Shown here: positions 39,142-49,332 of the stretch, one piece after another
How positions within the stretch are numbered: position 1 is the first letter of the stretch
Layout of the letters: each line of letters begins with the position of its first letter
Source: an uncultured Chloroflexia bacterium
GTDB lineage: Bacteria > Chloroflexota > Anaerolineae > Anaerolineales > UBA4823
Reading direction: 5' to 3'
NCBI GenBank assembly: GCA_963774935.1
Contig: CAVZGO010000003.1
Location: 581,426 to 645,425, forward strand
Length of the DNA: 64,000 nucleotides
The notes under the pieces: generated by a model
The model's database searches: none
Seen by the model: the letters and a program-made list of their open reading frames with translations, nothing else
Told to the model about the DNA's origin: nothing
Made by a program: the position numbers and the translations under genes

Positions 39142-40692
39142 TTACAACGGGATACAGCCATGTTTCTTGGCAGGATTGCTATCTCGCTTGTTGGTGAGCA
39201 TCTCCAAACCATTAATCAGGCGCGGTCGTGTCTCGTGTGGTTCGATGACGTCATCGATAAATCCGCGTGAGGCTGCGACATAAGGATTGGCGAATTTCTC
39301 CCGGTAATCTTCTACAAGCGCAGCCTTATGCTGCACAGGATTCTCCGCCTGCTGGATCTCTTTGCGAAAGACAATATTCACAGCTCCATCCGGACCCATC
39401 ACAGCAATCTCGGCAGAAGGCCAGGCAAGGTTTAAATCCCCACGAATGTGCTTGCTGCTCATGACACAGTAAGCACCCCCGTATGCTTTGCGAGTGACTA
39501 CGGTCAATTTCGGCACCGTTGCCTCGCAGTAGGCAAACAATAATTTGGCGCCAGAACGAATGACTCCTCCATGCTCCTGAACTGTACCAGGCATAAAGCC
39601 GGGCACATCTTCAAATGTAACGAGCGGAATATTAAACGCATCACAAAAGCGGATAAACCGGGCAGCTTTCTCCGAAGAATTGATATCCAACACCCCAGCC
39701 AGAACAGCTGGTTGGTTGGCTATGATGCCGACACTGTGTCCACCCAGGCGCGCAAACCCAATCACGACGTTCGCCGCATAATTTTCGTGAATCTCAAAGA
39801 ATTGTCCGTCATCCACAATCAACCGGATCACTTTCTTGATATCATAAGGTTTGCTTGGCTCATCCGGCACGATCGTATCTAATTCCTCCTCCATGCGGAA
39901 AGGATCATCCGTTGTCGCCACATACGGAGGGTCCTCCATATTGTTTTGGGGCATAAATGATAAGAGTTTACGGACCATATATAGAGCATCGGCTTCAGTA
40001 TCGACCGCCAGGTGGGCCACACCAGAAACCTCAGAATGAACCGAAGCCCCGCCAAGATCCTCAAAGGATACGTCCTCGTGGGTCACAGCTTTTACGACTT
40101 CGGGACCGGTGACGAACATATAGGACGAATTTCGCACCATGATAATGTAATCAGTCAAAGCGGGAGAGTAAACTGCTCCCCCGGCACATGGCCCCATAAT
40201 CGCGCTGATCTGCGGGATGACACCTGAGGCTAAGGTGTTTCTCAGGAAGATATCTGCATAGCCCCCAAGAGAAATGACGCCCTCCTGTATTCTCGCACCG
40301 CCAGAATCATTCAGCCCGATGATCGGTGCTCCGTTCTTCATCGCCATTTCCATTACTTTGCATATTTTCTGCGAATGAACCTCACCGAGGCTGCCACCAA
40401 AAACCGTGAAGTCTTGCGAGAAAACGTAGACCAATCTTCCATCGATCGTCCCCCAGCCGGTCACAACGCTATCGCCAAGGTATTTCTGGTTTTCCAAACC
40501 AAAGTCGGTGGTGTGGTGCACAACAAACGGATCCAGCTCGCGGAATGACTGGCGATCCATCAACAAATCAATACGCTCTCTGGCGCTCATTTTCCCGCGC
40601 TGATGTTGTGCCTTTAAGCGTTCTTCGCCACCCCCCAACCGGCTGAGAGCTTTCTTATCACGAAGTTTTTGGAATTTCGGGTTGATTGTCAT
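39142..40692 (-). CDS. Acyl-CoA carboxylase carboxyltransferase subunit (propionyl-CoA carboxylase beta / methylmalonyl-CoA decarboxylase alpha family)
   Basis: About 516 aa from [32 protein letters not shown], and the duplicated crotonase-like CT domains. Confidence 0.9.
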   Translation of the reverse strand: MTINPKFQKLRDKKALSRLGGGEERLKAQHQRGKMSARERIDLLMDRQSFRELDPFVVHHTTDFGLENQKYLGDSVVTGWGTIDGRLVYVFSQDFTVFGGSLGEVHSQKICKVMEMAMKNGAPIIGLNDSGGARIQEGVISLGGYADIFLRNTLASGVIPQISAIMGPCAGGAVYSPALTDYIIMVRNSSYMFVTGPEVVKAVTHEDVSFEDLGGASVHSEVSGVAHLAVDTEADALYMVRKLLSFMPQNNMEDPPYVATTDDPFRMEEELDTIVPDEPSKPYDIKKVIRLIVDDGQFFEIHENYAANVVIGFARLGGHSVGIIANQPAVLAGVLDINSSEKAARFIRFCDAFNIPLVTFEDVPGFMPGTVQEHGGVIRSGAKLLFAYCEATVPKLTVVTRKAYGGAYCVMSSKHIRGDLNLAWPSAEIAVMGPDGAVNIVFRKEIQQAENPVQHKAALVEDYREKFANPYVAASRGFIDDVIEPHETRPRLINGLEMLTNKRDSNPAKKHGCIPL

Positions 40693-41095
40693 ACACCACT
40701 CCAAAATATGCCTTTGTCGAACGTCGGAAGAATATGAAGATAACGATCAACATCATTACAACGGTTAATCCGGCAACAAAAGCGTTGTTCGTCTGGCCAG
40801 CCGGACTGCGCAGGAACAGGCGGTTAAACCAGACATAACTCGCATAGCCGGCGCTGATCCACAGCAGATACCGGTAAGACCAAATCTTCCCTGCCCAGAT
40901 GCTCCAGGCAAAATATAGTCCAAGTCCACCCAGGAGTGTTGAGCTGGCGACGAGCAAGCCTGGAGAGAAGGGTAACAAATCAACCAGGAATGTCCACTCG
41001 GCGATGATTTGAGCTACACGATAGAGATTCACCATCGAGATGGTTAACACTACCAGGGCAAGGAAGGTTACGCCTGCAGGGCGATGATGTGTCAT
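40658..41095 (-). CDS. Small integral membrane protein, unknown function
   Basis: 145 aa with four predicted TM helices. ATGA overlap with the upstream reductase and a 35-nt overlap with the carboxyltransferase start. Confidence 0.5.
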   Translation of the reverse strand: MTHHRPAGVTFLALVVLTISMVNLYRVAQIIAEWTFLVDLLPFSPGLLVASSTLLGGLGLYFAWSIWAGKIWSYRYLLWISAGYASYVWFNRLFLRSPAGQTNNAFVAGLTVVMMLIVIFIFFRRSTKAYFGVVYDNQPEIPKTS

Positions 41096-42123
41096 TGAAT
41101 CTGGACTGTTATCTTACCCATCTGCTTGCCCGAGTCCAGATGTTCTTGGGCTTCTCGGATATCTTGTAGTATATATCTCCGATCGATCAACGGTCGTAAA
41201 CGTCCGGTAAAAACCAGCTCCATCACACGGGCAAAGTCCTGCCGCGTTCCCATGGTTGACCCCAGAATCGAGAGATGTTTGGAGAAGATGTAGCGATTAT
41301 CGATTTCAAATTTTGCACCACCCGTATTTCCAACGGTTACGATCCTGCCCCCTTTACAAACGCAGCGCAAGCTCATCGGGAACGTGGTTCCGACATTATC
41401 TACCACCACATCGACTCCACGTTTATCGGTGAGCTCATAAACAACCTTCGCCCAGTTGTCAAATCGCAAGCGATCGATGGTATGCTCAGCCCCCAGGACA
41501 CTCGCCAGCGCCAGCTTCTCTTCGCCTGCGCCAACTACAATCACCCGTGCTCCAGCATGCCTTGCGATTTGGATAGAGGCTGTATTAACCCCTCCTGATG
41601 CGCCCACAACCAATACAGTTTCGCCAGCCTTTACCCTTGCACGTTCCATCAGGGAATGCCAGGCAGTCACATAAACCAGTCCTGCGGCTGCAGCAGTCTC
41701 ATCATCAAAACCATCTGGGAGACCCAGCAAATTATCTTCAGGCACAGCCACAAACTCCGCATATGTGCCATTGCTTGTCTCGCCCAACAGCCCCCAGCTT
41801 CTGCAGCGGTTATCAAATCCAGATAGACATTCCGGGCAGTGACCGCAGCTCAGATTAGGATTTATAACCACACGGTCACCCACCTGCCAGGCTCTAACAC
41901 TATCTCCGAAGGCAGCAACTTCACCGGCTCCATCTGCTCCAAGGATATGCGGATATTGCAGCTTAATCCCTGGCCAGCCGTGGCGTACCCATAAATCCAG
42001 ACGGTTCAGCGCGGCGAATTTGAGGCGCACCAGTACCTGCCCTGGACCAGGCTCAGGACATGGTAGATCGCCATAATTCAGTACATCCACGCGGCCGTGG
42101 TGGTTAATATAAACCGCCTTCAT
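41092..42123 (-). CDS. Zinc-containing medium-chain dehydrogenase/reductase (alcohol dehydrogenase / enoyl reductase superfamily)
   Basis: 343 aa. GroES-like N-terminus, structural zinc Cys cluster CGHCPECLSGFDNRC, Rossmann VGASGGVN. Confidence 0.85.
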   Translation of the reverse strand: MKAVYINHHGRVDVLNYGDLPCPEPGPGQVLVRLKFAALNRLDLWVRHGWPGIKLQYPHILGADGAGEVAAFGDSVRAWQVGDRVVINPNLSCGHCPECLSGFDNRCRSWGLLGETSNGTYAEFVAVPEDNLLGLPDGFDDETAAAAGLVYVTAWHSLMERARVKAGETVLVVGASGGVNTASIQIARHAGARVIVVGAGEEKLALASVLGAEHTIDRLRFDNWAKVVYELTDKRGVDVVVDNVGTTFPMSLRCVCKGGRIVTVGNTGGAKFEIDNRYIFSKHLSILGSTMGTRQDFARVMELVFTGRLRPLIDRRYILQDIREAQEHLDSGKQMGKITVQIQ

Positions 42124-42142
42124 AGCCTGGCTCTCCTCAGGT

Positions 42143-44828
42143 TTACGGATTGAATTTCAATTCGCGAATATGAATGTGAGCGCTCTCCCCGGCATTCAAA
42201 TTTAAAAGCACAAGCCGGACGCGTGAGATCAACTCAGGACCCTGATCGAAAACCATCTCCAGATGTGGGTCACCAGGGATATTCCGCTGGGTGGTTTCAT
42301 AAATTTGTGGCTCTCCATCTGCATCTGCATACAGCTCAGCCGTCAGGGTGTAATCCATGTTGGCAAAATCGGCTGAGAGGCTTTCTAGACTGCGTGGCTC
42401 GGGAAAATAAATATCGATAATAAGTGGGTTGGCTTCCAGACCGCGCATTAAGGTATGTGTGTCGCCATCAAACATCGCGGATGGCTGACCCATATCGATT
42501 TGGGAATATTTTATTCGGACGTCTTGCCCGTCCAACTGCACTGTTTCTTCTACTGGCTGGCTGCGCGCAAATTTTTCCGCAGCAAAGATTTCATCTGCGT
42601 TGTCAGCATAAGCAAGCCGTACTACAAAGAAGCCGGGCGATCCATCCGGATAAGGAATTGTTTCGAGTAATTCTACCTGCTTGAACTTGGCATCGGAAGC
42701 CGCCCTCTGGTATTCAGCAGGGGTTAATACAAGGATCAGGTTGTTATCAAGCGGCTTTTTCTCGAATAAATAGGCGTCAATGCTATCCAGCTTTACTCTT
42801 GCCTGCTGGTCAGAATTTAAGAAAAAGCGCACAAAGTTATCAGTACCGTTCGCCCAGGTCGGCGTGACCACCACCCGGTTGTTAGAATCTGCGTCCAAAT
42901 ACTTCGGAACAGTGTCACCAAATACCTGGCTGGCGCCGTACTGCATCCCATAGAGTCCATAATCGTTGAACCAGGTTGAGCCGTTCACCAGTACGTCTCG
43001 GAGCACATATACATTTAGCCCGGCCAGAATGACAAAAAGGATACTCGCCAGTACAGAGTGTGGTATGCGTGGTCGTTCGAGCTTTTCGACGAGAGCCGAG
43101 AGCCCGACGGTGGTGATCATAACTAGCGGAATGACCATCCACATCACCCGCAGGATAGAAATCTGCGCCAGGGCTGCTCCAAAAGGAGCAGCTGCCAGCG
43201 CTACCAGCATGATCCGATAGGCAGGATCTGAAATCTTTCGCAGCGAGAGATAAAATCCATAGAGAAGAAATGGGACACCAAGAAGCGAGAAGTTTCCATA
43301 TCCTTTCATCAAATGTCTTGCCAGGTCACGTCCATTTTGTGCCAGCAGCCAGAATTTTGGACTGAAGCTGTAAATATACTCTTTTCCAAAAATGACAATT
43401 TTGTCGATAAGAGATATCTTCTGATCCAGCCAGTAGGAGCCGCGTGTGCGAAGCTGCTCTTCAAATATGGAAGCGGAATCCTTAGTGAAGCGATAATACG
43501 GCAGCGCTAACAGCAAACGCAAGTAGAAGACTTGTGCCAACGGTTACACGATTTTTCCAATGGTAAGGTAGATCAATGAGCAGCAGCAATAAACCGGAGA
43601 TGCCGATCAAAAATTCCCCTAAACCATGCGTGTAAAAAACCAGAGCAGCAAAAATAACCGCCAGGTAAAGGTAGCGAGGGTTCTTTATTCGATAGCACAA
43701 ATAGAAATATAAAAAGATGGCATAAAACCCTGCCAGCTCCATATATTCAAAGGCTGTCCGGGAATGCAGAAACCAGGTTGGCGTCACCGATAGCACCAGC
43801 ACCCCAGCCCACCAATATCGCACCTTGAGGAAGTGCTTCAAAATGAAGCCAACCGCAGCAGCCCCACCCAGGGTCACCAGCACGGAGATTAATCGCGTGA
43901 CGAAAACTGATTTTCCGAATAGTAAATAAGGGATGACCTGCAGGTAAACACTGATGCTGTTAAGTGCATAAGATGATCCCATAGAGAAAAATGTGGGCAA
44001 GAAATTTCCCCCGTAACGAAAGCCGTTTTTAACCAGGTCTTCCGCAAGAATGGTGTGAATTGCTTCATCAGTGAAAAAATAGATTGGAAACTTATCCAGC
44101 CCGATCACGCGGACAAGCAGGTAAATAAACAGGCTGAGCAGAAAGAAGCCACCCCCCAGCCAACCAGCATGTTCTGCCGCCCATTTTCTCCCCCGGTGAG
44201 CCCACTCCTGAGCTGGTATTGAATGAACCAATTGATGCCCTTGGTCGGGAGCTACACCCTTTGTCTGAGCGGCTATCCCTGGTCTTATCACAAGTGGTTG
44301 TCCGGAGGTTAATTTTGCGGCTTCCAGTGCAAATGCAGGAGCTATTTGTACCCCATCTTCATCAAGCGCCTCTATAATCACTCTTACTTGCTGACCGGTT
44401 GGGATATCGATGGAAAGCTGTAGCTTTTCTGACTCACTTGTCTCACCCTGTGAGGTGAGCACTGCAATGCCTTCTGGTAAATTCAGCTCCCAATCCGGTA
44501 GCACATTCTGGGAAACGGCAGGGACACGATTAGCATCTGGAATGAGGTCATCTGGCATTATCGAGTCATCAGCAATGCTGATCTCATCCTCATTTGGCTT
44601 TTCCTCGGCTGTAGATCGCCGAATCAGCCGCCATTTCCCGGTAAGAAACAGCCGCCCATTGGAATGCAGCCACTCTATCAGCGTCGGGTCCTCAGGTACA
44701 GGCTGGTCTGCCTGCCGCTTAAATTCAATTTTCCAGGATTTGCGTCCCCACAAAATGATATAAGCGAGGATAACCAGCCCTATAAAGAGCAGGGAAACCA
44801 GGACGCCGATGATGATATTCATGAACAT
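42143..44828 (-). pseudogene. GT-C fold glycosyltransferase-like membrane protein (PMT_2/ArnT-like) with C-terminal discoidin-like domain, frameshifted
   Basis: The N-terminal ORF 43482..44828 has a first-loop FTDEAIH (DE motif) and about 9 TM helices. The ORF 42143..43540 continues with more TM helices and a C-terminal FDGDTHT... beta-sandwich. The frames overlap at 43482..43540. Confidence 0.65.
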
Positions 44829-44830
44829 CG

Positions 44831-46000
44831 TTATCGCAGCCCGGTCTCGATCCTGGAAATGACCAGCCGCTGTATCTCACTTGTGCCTTCGTATATTTCG
44901 GTAACCTTCGCATCTCGAAAGTATCGTTCCACAGGTAATTCCTTGCTGAAGCCCATTCCCCCGTGAATCTGAACTGCAGCATGCGTGACGTACATCGCCG
45001 TTTCAGATGCAAAAAGTTTGGCCATGGATGCTTCGAGGGTATAACGTTCACCGGTTTTCTTGAAGCGTTCCTTCGCCATGGCGGCGTTGTATACCAGCAA
45101 ACGCGTCGCCTCGATGCGCGTTTTCATATCCGCAAGCTTGAAGCTGATCCCTTGAAACTCGCCAATGTGCTGACCGAAAGCCTCGCGGCTGCGGGCAAAT
45201 TCAAGGCTCGCCTGATAGGCAGCCTCACTGATTCCCAGTGCCTGGGCAGCAATGCCAATCCGCCCCGCATCTAATACAGCCATAGCGATCTTGAAGCCCT
45301 CACCTTCAGCGCCCAGGCGTTGGTCAGCCGGCACCCGGTAATCTTCGAACATAATCTCACTGGTCGCTGAGGCGCGAATCCCCAGTTTTGGTTCCTTCTT
45401 CCCGCGAACAAATCCAGGCTGGTGAGCATCGACCAGAAATGCACTGATCCCGCGTTGTTTTTTCTCAGGGTCGGTCATCGCGAAAACCACAATGTAATCC
45501 GCCACCGGGCCGCTCGTCACCCAAGATTTGCGTCCATTCAGGATGTAATAATCCCCATCCTTTATCGCCCGGGTGCGCATTGTACCGGCATCTGATCCAG
45601 ACATCGGCTCAGTGAGTGAATAAGCCCCGATTGATTTTCCCGATGCCACTGGTGGAATAAATTTTTCTTTTTGTTCAGGTGTGCCAAAGTACATAAGCCC
45701 ATAACAATAGAGCGAGTTATTCACCGACATGATCGTGCCATGCGATGCATCCACTTTGCAGATTTCTTCGAGAGCCAGCACATAAGCCAGGGTATCCATT
45801 CCTGCCCCGCCATATTCCTCGGGTACTTCGATGCCCATGAAACCTATTTCGCCCATTTTCTTAATCGTCTTGACAGGAAATTCACCGCTTTCATCGAACT
45901 CAGCAGCAATCGGTGCGATTTCAGTCGTAGCAAAATCTCGGGCTGCCTGGCGGATCATCTCATGCTCTTCAGTTAAAGTAAATAACTCATTTTGGGACAT
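44831..46000 (-). CDS. Acyl-CoA dehydrogenase (short/branched-chain type)
   Basis: Start at MSQNELF (ATG 46000, GGAGG 6 nt upstream). 389 aa. GSDAG and the C-terminal YEGTSEIQRLVI. Confidence 0.9.
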   Translation of the reverse strand: MSQNELFTLTEEHEMIRQAARDFATTEIAPIAAEFDESGEFPVKTIKKMGEIGFMGIEVPEEYGGAGMDTLAYVLALEEICKVDASHGTIMSVNNSLYCYGLMYFGTPEQKEKFIPPVASGKSIGAYSLTEPMSGSDAGTMRTRAIKDGDYYILNGRKSWVTSGPVADYIVVFAMTDPEKKQRGISAFLVDAHQPGFVRGKKEPKLGIRASATSEIMFEDYRVPADQRLGAEGEGFKIAMAVLDAGRIGIAAQALGISEAAYQASLEFARSREAFGQHIGEFQGISFKLADMKTRIEATRLLVYNAAMAKERFKKTGERYTLEASMAKLFASETAMYVTHAAVQIHGGMGFSKELPVERYFRDAKVTEIYEGTSEIQRLVISRIETGLR

Positions 46001-46152
46001 GCAACGCCTCCATAACACAACTAGTCCAATGAAGAAGGATTTATCGGATTATAGCATGACTGATTTTTCTACGAAAAACAATCCGGATTCGATCCGAGTT
46101 GGTATTGACACACAACCCAATCCTATCAACATTAGTACTGGATCAGCTCTAC

Positions 46153-46180
46153 TTGACAGCCATTCGAAGAAAGTTATACT
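46153..46180 (+). promoter_or_regulatory. Sigma-70-like promoter for GNAT gene (near-leaderless)
   Basis: TTGACA (46153..46158), 16-nt spacer, TATACT (46175..46180). The ATG at 46191 lies 10 nt after the -10 box, with no SD. Confidence 0.5.
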
Positions 46181-46190
46181 GGAACCATCT

Positions 46191-46631
46191 ATGAAATTTA
46201 ATCTTCGTCCAGCGACGCAATCTGAAAAACGAAAGATACGAAGCCTGACTTATCAATCAGGTCGCCACCCCTTCGGTTTAAATTGGCACAATTTTGTTGT
46301 CGCGGTGGCATCCAGCGGGGAAATTATCGGCTGTGGGCAAATTAGACGTCACCTTGATGGCAGTCGAGAGCTTGCCTCAATCGCTGTTGATCCCGAATAT
46401 CAAAATGAGGGGATCGGCTCTGCGCTCATTGAGCATTTGCTCAATATGGCTCCACGCCCCATTTTTGTGACCTGCCGGTCTGATTTTGAAGGCTTTTATT
46501 CACGCTTTGGATTTCGATCCATTGGCAAGGACGAAATGTCACCTTATCATCGCCGGATTCATTCACTGACGAATACCATTTTATTTGTCCTCCGCCGTGA
46601 TGAACAGATGTTGATTATGCGCCTGGGATAA
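46191..46631 (+). CDS. GNAT-family N-acetyltransferase
   Basis: 146 aa from MKFNLRPAT. Acetyl-CoA motif A is IAVDPEYQNEGIGSALIEHL. The upstream part of ORF 45831.. is antisense to the dehydrogenase gene. Confidence 0.75.
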   Translation: MKFNLRPATQSEKRKIRSLTYQSGRHPFGLNWHNFVVAVASSGEIIGCGQIRRHLDGSRELASIAVDPEYQNEGIGSALIEHLLNMAPRPIFVTCRSDFEGFYSRFGFRSIGKDEMSPYHRRIHSLTNTILFVLRRDEQMLIMRLG

Positions 46632-46646
46632 TTCGGCTTATCCTCA

Positions 46647-47153
46647 TTACCCTCCTTTTGATGGAGTCTTTGGCAGGCTCTCCCAACGCTTCCTTATTCG
46701 CGTATATGAATCTTCTAAGGCTTCCGGTAACACGCGCGTCGATGCCAGTGTTGACATAAAATTGGTGTCGCCACCCCAGCGCGGCACAATATGCAGGTGA
46801 ATATGCTCGGCAATCCCCGCGCCAGCAACTTCGCCGATATTCATGCCAAGATTGAAACCTTGCGGATGGTATTCCACATTCAAAACCTGGACTGCACGGT
46901 TCGCCAATTCCATCACATCGGCACGAATATCCGCATCTAATTCGCCCAGCGATGCCTGGTGGTCATTTGGCACCACCATTAAATGTCCGCTGGTGTATGG
47001 ATAACGGTTTAATATAACGAACGCTCGCTGGCCACGAAAAACCACCAGATTATCCAAACCATCCGGAACTAGCAGAGCATTACAAAAGACACAACCTTCT
47101 TGTTTACTGTTTTCTATGTATGTCATACGCCAGGGAGACCAAAGATGGTTCAA
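46647..47153 (-). CDS. HIT-family nucleotide hydrolase/transferase (GalT/Ap4A-phosphorylase-like branch)
   Basis: 168 aa. CVFC zinc-like motif and histidine triad HIHLHIVPRW. Confidence 0.85.
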   Translation of the reverse strand: MNHLWSPWRMTYIENSKQEGCVFCNALLVPDGLDNLVVFRGQRAFVILNRYPYTSGHLMVVPNDHQASLGELDADIRADVMELANRAVQVLNVEYHPQGFNLGMNIGEVAGAGIAEHIHLHIVPRWGGDTNFMSTLASTRVLPEALEDSYTRIRKRWESLPKTPSKGG

Positions 47154-47308
47154 AACTCCTCTCCTATCGTTCAGTTAGATTAATCTGTCTTTTCTGGCAA
47201 ATCTTTCCTGACCTGATTGATCGATTTTCTTCCCCTTTGAACCCATCATTGAACCAACGATATACAACTTATTCATATTGTAGCAAAAAATAGCCAATGC
47301 GTGAATGG

Positions 47309-47337
47309 TTGACAGGCACAGCGAAGAAGGTTATCCT
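47309..47337 (+). promoter_or_regulatory. Sigma-70-like promoter for xseA (near-leaderless)
   Basis: TTGACA (47309..47314), 17-nt spacer, TATCCT (47332..47337). The first in-frame ATG at 47346 lies 8 nt after the -10 box. Confidence 0.45.
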
Positions 47338-47345
47338 TGCGCTCG

Positions 47346-48560
47346 ATGATGCAATTAGCGATGTTCCAGCCTGAGTTTTGGTCCGTCAGCCAGATCACGC
47401 GCCACCTGCGTGATTTAATTGAACAGGATGAAACCCTACAAGATGTTTGGGTTCAGGGAGAAGTCTCCAACCTCTCACGCCCCTCTTCAGGTCACCTATA
47501 CTTTACTGTTAAGGATAACAACAGCTCCCTGCGTGTGGTTATGTGGCGGAATGCTGTAATGAGCCAGCGCTATGTACCCCGTGAAGGCGAGATGGTTGAA
47601 ATTCACGGTTCAATCAATATTTATGAAATTTCAGGGGTTTACCAGCTATACGCGGACATGATCCGACCAGTTGGAGTCGGGCAGCTTTATCAGGAATTTC
47701 TCCGGCTTAAAGCGCGTCTCGAAGCTGAAGGTTTGTTTGACCAGCAGCGTAAACGCCCGATACCGCGTTGGCCACAACGAATCGGACTGGTCACATCTCC
47801 TTCTGGTGCTGCGATCCGCGATGTATTGAAGACAATTCACCGCCGCTTCCCGGTTGCAGAAGTGATCCTTGCCCCCACAGCTGTGCAAGGTAACGATGCC
47901 CCACCAGGAATTGTGAAAGCAATCGAGGACTTAAATCGTCTCGTCCAGCCAGATGTGATCATTCTGGCACGCGGCGGCGGCTCCATCGAAGACCTGTGGG
48001 CTTTCAACGACGAACGGGTCGCACGGGCGATTGCAGCATCAGCAGCTCCTGTGATTACAGGCGTAGGTCACGAAACCGACTTCACCATAGCAGATTTTGT
48101 CAGTGACCTGCGAGCACCAACCCCGACTGGCGCAGCCGAGCTGGCAACACCAAACCGTGATGAAATCCTGGAAAACCTGGATGACGATCATGGTCGCATC
48201 ACCCGAGGTATGGAGTCGCTTATTGCCACCAAACAATGGGAGCTGCATCGCCGTATGAACCAGCTTGCCATTCGATCGCCACAAAATCGCCTGCGCTCCG
48301 CACGCCAGCACCTTGATGAGCTGGTCCATAGCAGCAGAATCGCTGTAGATCACCATCTCGTGCTCCGGAAAACAGAATTAGGCGGGCTAGCTTATCGCCT
48401 GGAGGCTTTAAATCCCCAATCCGTGCTTCGCCGTGGTTATGCAATTCTCACCCTGCCAACCGGTCAGGTCGTTTCTCATATCGCCCAGGCTGCTCCCGGA
48501 ACAGAACTAAAGGCGCAGGTAAGTGACGGGCAGTTTACAGTTCAGGTGCAAGAAACTTGA
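47346..48560 (+). CDS. xseA: Exodeoxyribonuclease VII large subunit
   Basis: About 404 aa. OB-fold N-terminus VWVQGEVSNLSRPSSGHLYFTVKD, RGGGSIEDLWAFNDE, and a coiled C-terminus. Confidence 0.85.
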   Translation: MMQLAMFQPEFWSVSQITRHLRDLIEQDETLQDVWVQGEVSNLSRPSSGHLYFTVKDNNSSLRVVMWRNAVMSQRYVPREGEMVEIHGSINIYEISGVYQLYADMIRPVGVGQLYQEFLRLKARLEAEGLFDQQRKRPIPRWPQRIGLVTSPSGAAIRDVLKTIHRRFPVAEVILAPTAVQGNDAPPGIVKAIEDLNRLVQPDVIILARGGGSIEDLWAFNDERVARAIAASAAPVITGVGHETDFTIADFVSDLRAPTPTGAAELATPNRDEILENLDDDHGRITRGMESLIATKQWELHRRMNQLAIRSPQNRLRSARQHLDELVHSSRIAVDHHLVLRKTELGGLAYRLEALNPQSVLRRGYAILTLPTGQVVSHIAQAAPGTELKAQVSDGQFTVQVQET

Positions 48561-48572
48561 TAGGAGCCCCTC

Positions 48573-49025
48573 ATGGTGCCAGAGACTAATCCAGAACCAG
48601 TTGAAACGCTGTCGTCTTATATTGAATCGATCAATGAGAAGCTGGATATTGCCGGACGAGAGAGCGCCAGCCAGGCATTTAATCTGGGATGCACGGTGGG
48701 AATTATCCCGGCAGCCCTTGTGGTCATCATCACCTTTTTTGCCTCCTCTGCCAGCTGGCTGGCTGCCCTGGTGATTGGCATCTTAATGATTGTTGCCCTG
48801 ATCGGGCTGGCGAACCTGGTTGCGTTCATTGCCCGCACAAAAACATTAGAACGAGTTTATCGGACAGAAATTAATCCAGGAATAGAGCAGGCTTTGGCAA
48901 GGTTCAGCGTAACCAGAACAGAATTCGATCAACTTGCAAATGACCAGTTACCAGAATCTGCAGTCCTGCGCCGCTTTATAAAGCCGGTCACAGATGGTGC
49001 ACCTGAGGAATCAATCCAGCAATAA
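48573..49025 (+). CDS. Small membrane protein, unknown function (between xseA and xseB)
   Basis: 150 aa, two TM helices, AGGAG RBS, 12 nt after the xseA stop. Confidence 0.45.
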   Translation: MVPETNPEPVETLSSYIESINEKLDIAGRESASQAFNLGCTVGIIPAALVVIITFFASSASWLAALVIGILMIVALIGLANLVAFIARTKTLERVYRTEINPGIEQALARFSVTRTEFDQLANDQLPESAVLRRFIKPVTDGAPEESIQQ

Positions 49026-49043
49026 TTACGAAGGCGGATACAA

Positions 49044-49298
49044 ATGGCAAAGTCAGAAAATAACAATCAGGTAAGCCAAACAGATGTAGATCAACTCTCG
49101 CTCGAACAGGCTTTATCCGAGCTAGACCAGCTTGTGGCGCAGCTCGAAGCAAATGAGAACACGCTGGAGAACGCCCTGGCGTATTATGAGCGTGGACAAC
49201 TGCTCATTAAACACTGTCAGGATCTATTAGCCCGCGCAGAGCTCAAGGTGATGCAGCTTTCCGGAGAAAACCTGACCGATTTTTCCACCTCTGAATAA
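49044..49298 (+). CDS. xseB: Exodeoxyribonuclease VII small subunit
   Basis: 84 aa. LSLEQALSELDQLVAQLE...LENALAYYERGQLLIKHC matches the XseB helical-hairpin consensus. Confidence 0.8.
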   Translation: MAKSENNNQVSQTDVDQLSLEQALSELDQLVAQLEANENTLENALAYYERGQLLIKHCQDLLARAELKVMQLSGENLTDFSTSE

Positions 49299-49332
49299 CT
49301 AGAAGTCTCTTAAACTTAATTGTATGAAACAG

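Noticed and set aside
45831-46190. 120-codon 5' extension of the GNAT ORF
   Set aside because: It is antisense to the acyl-CoA dehydrogenase N-terminus. A good promoter (46153-46180) and the GNAT-family start at 46191 explain the gene.
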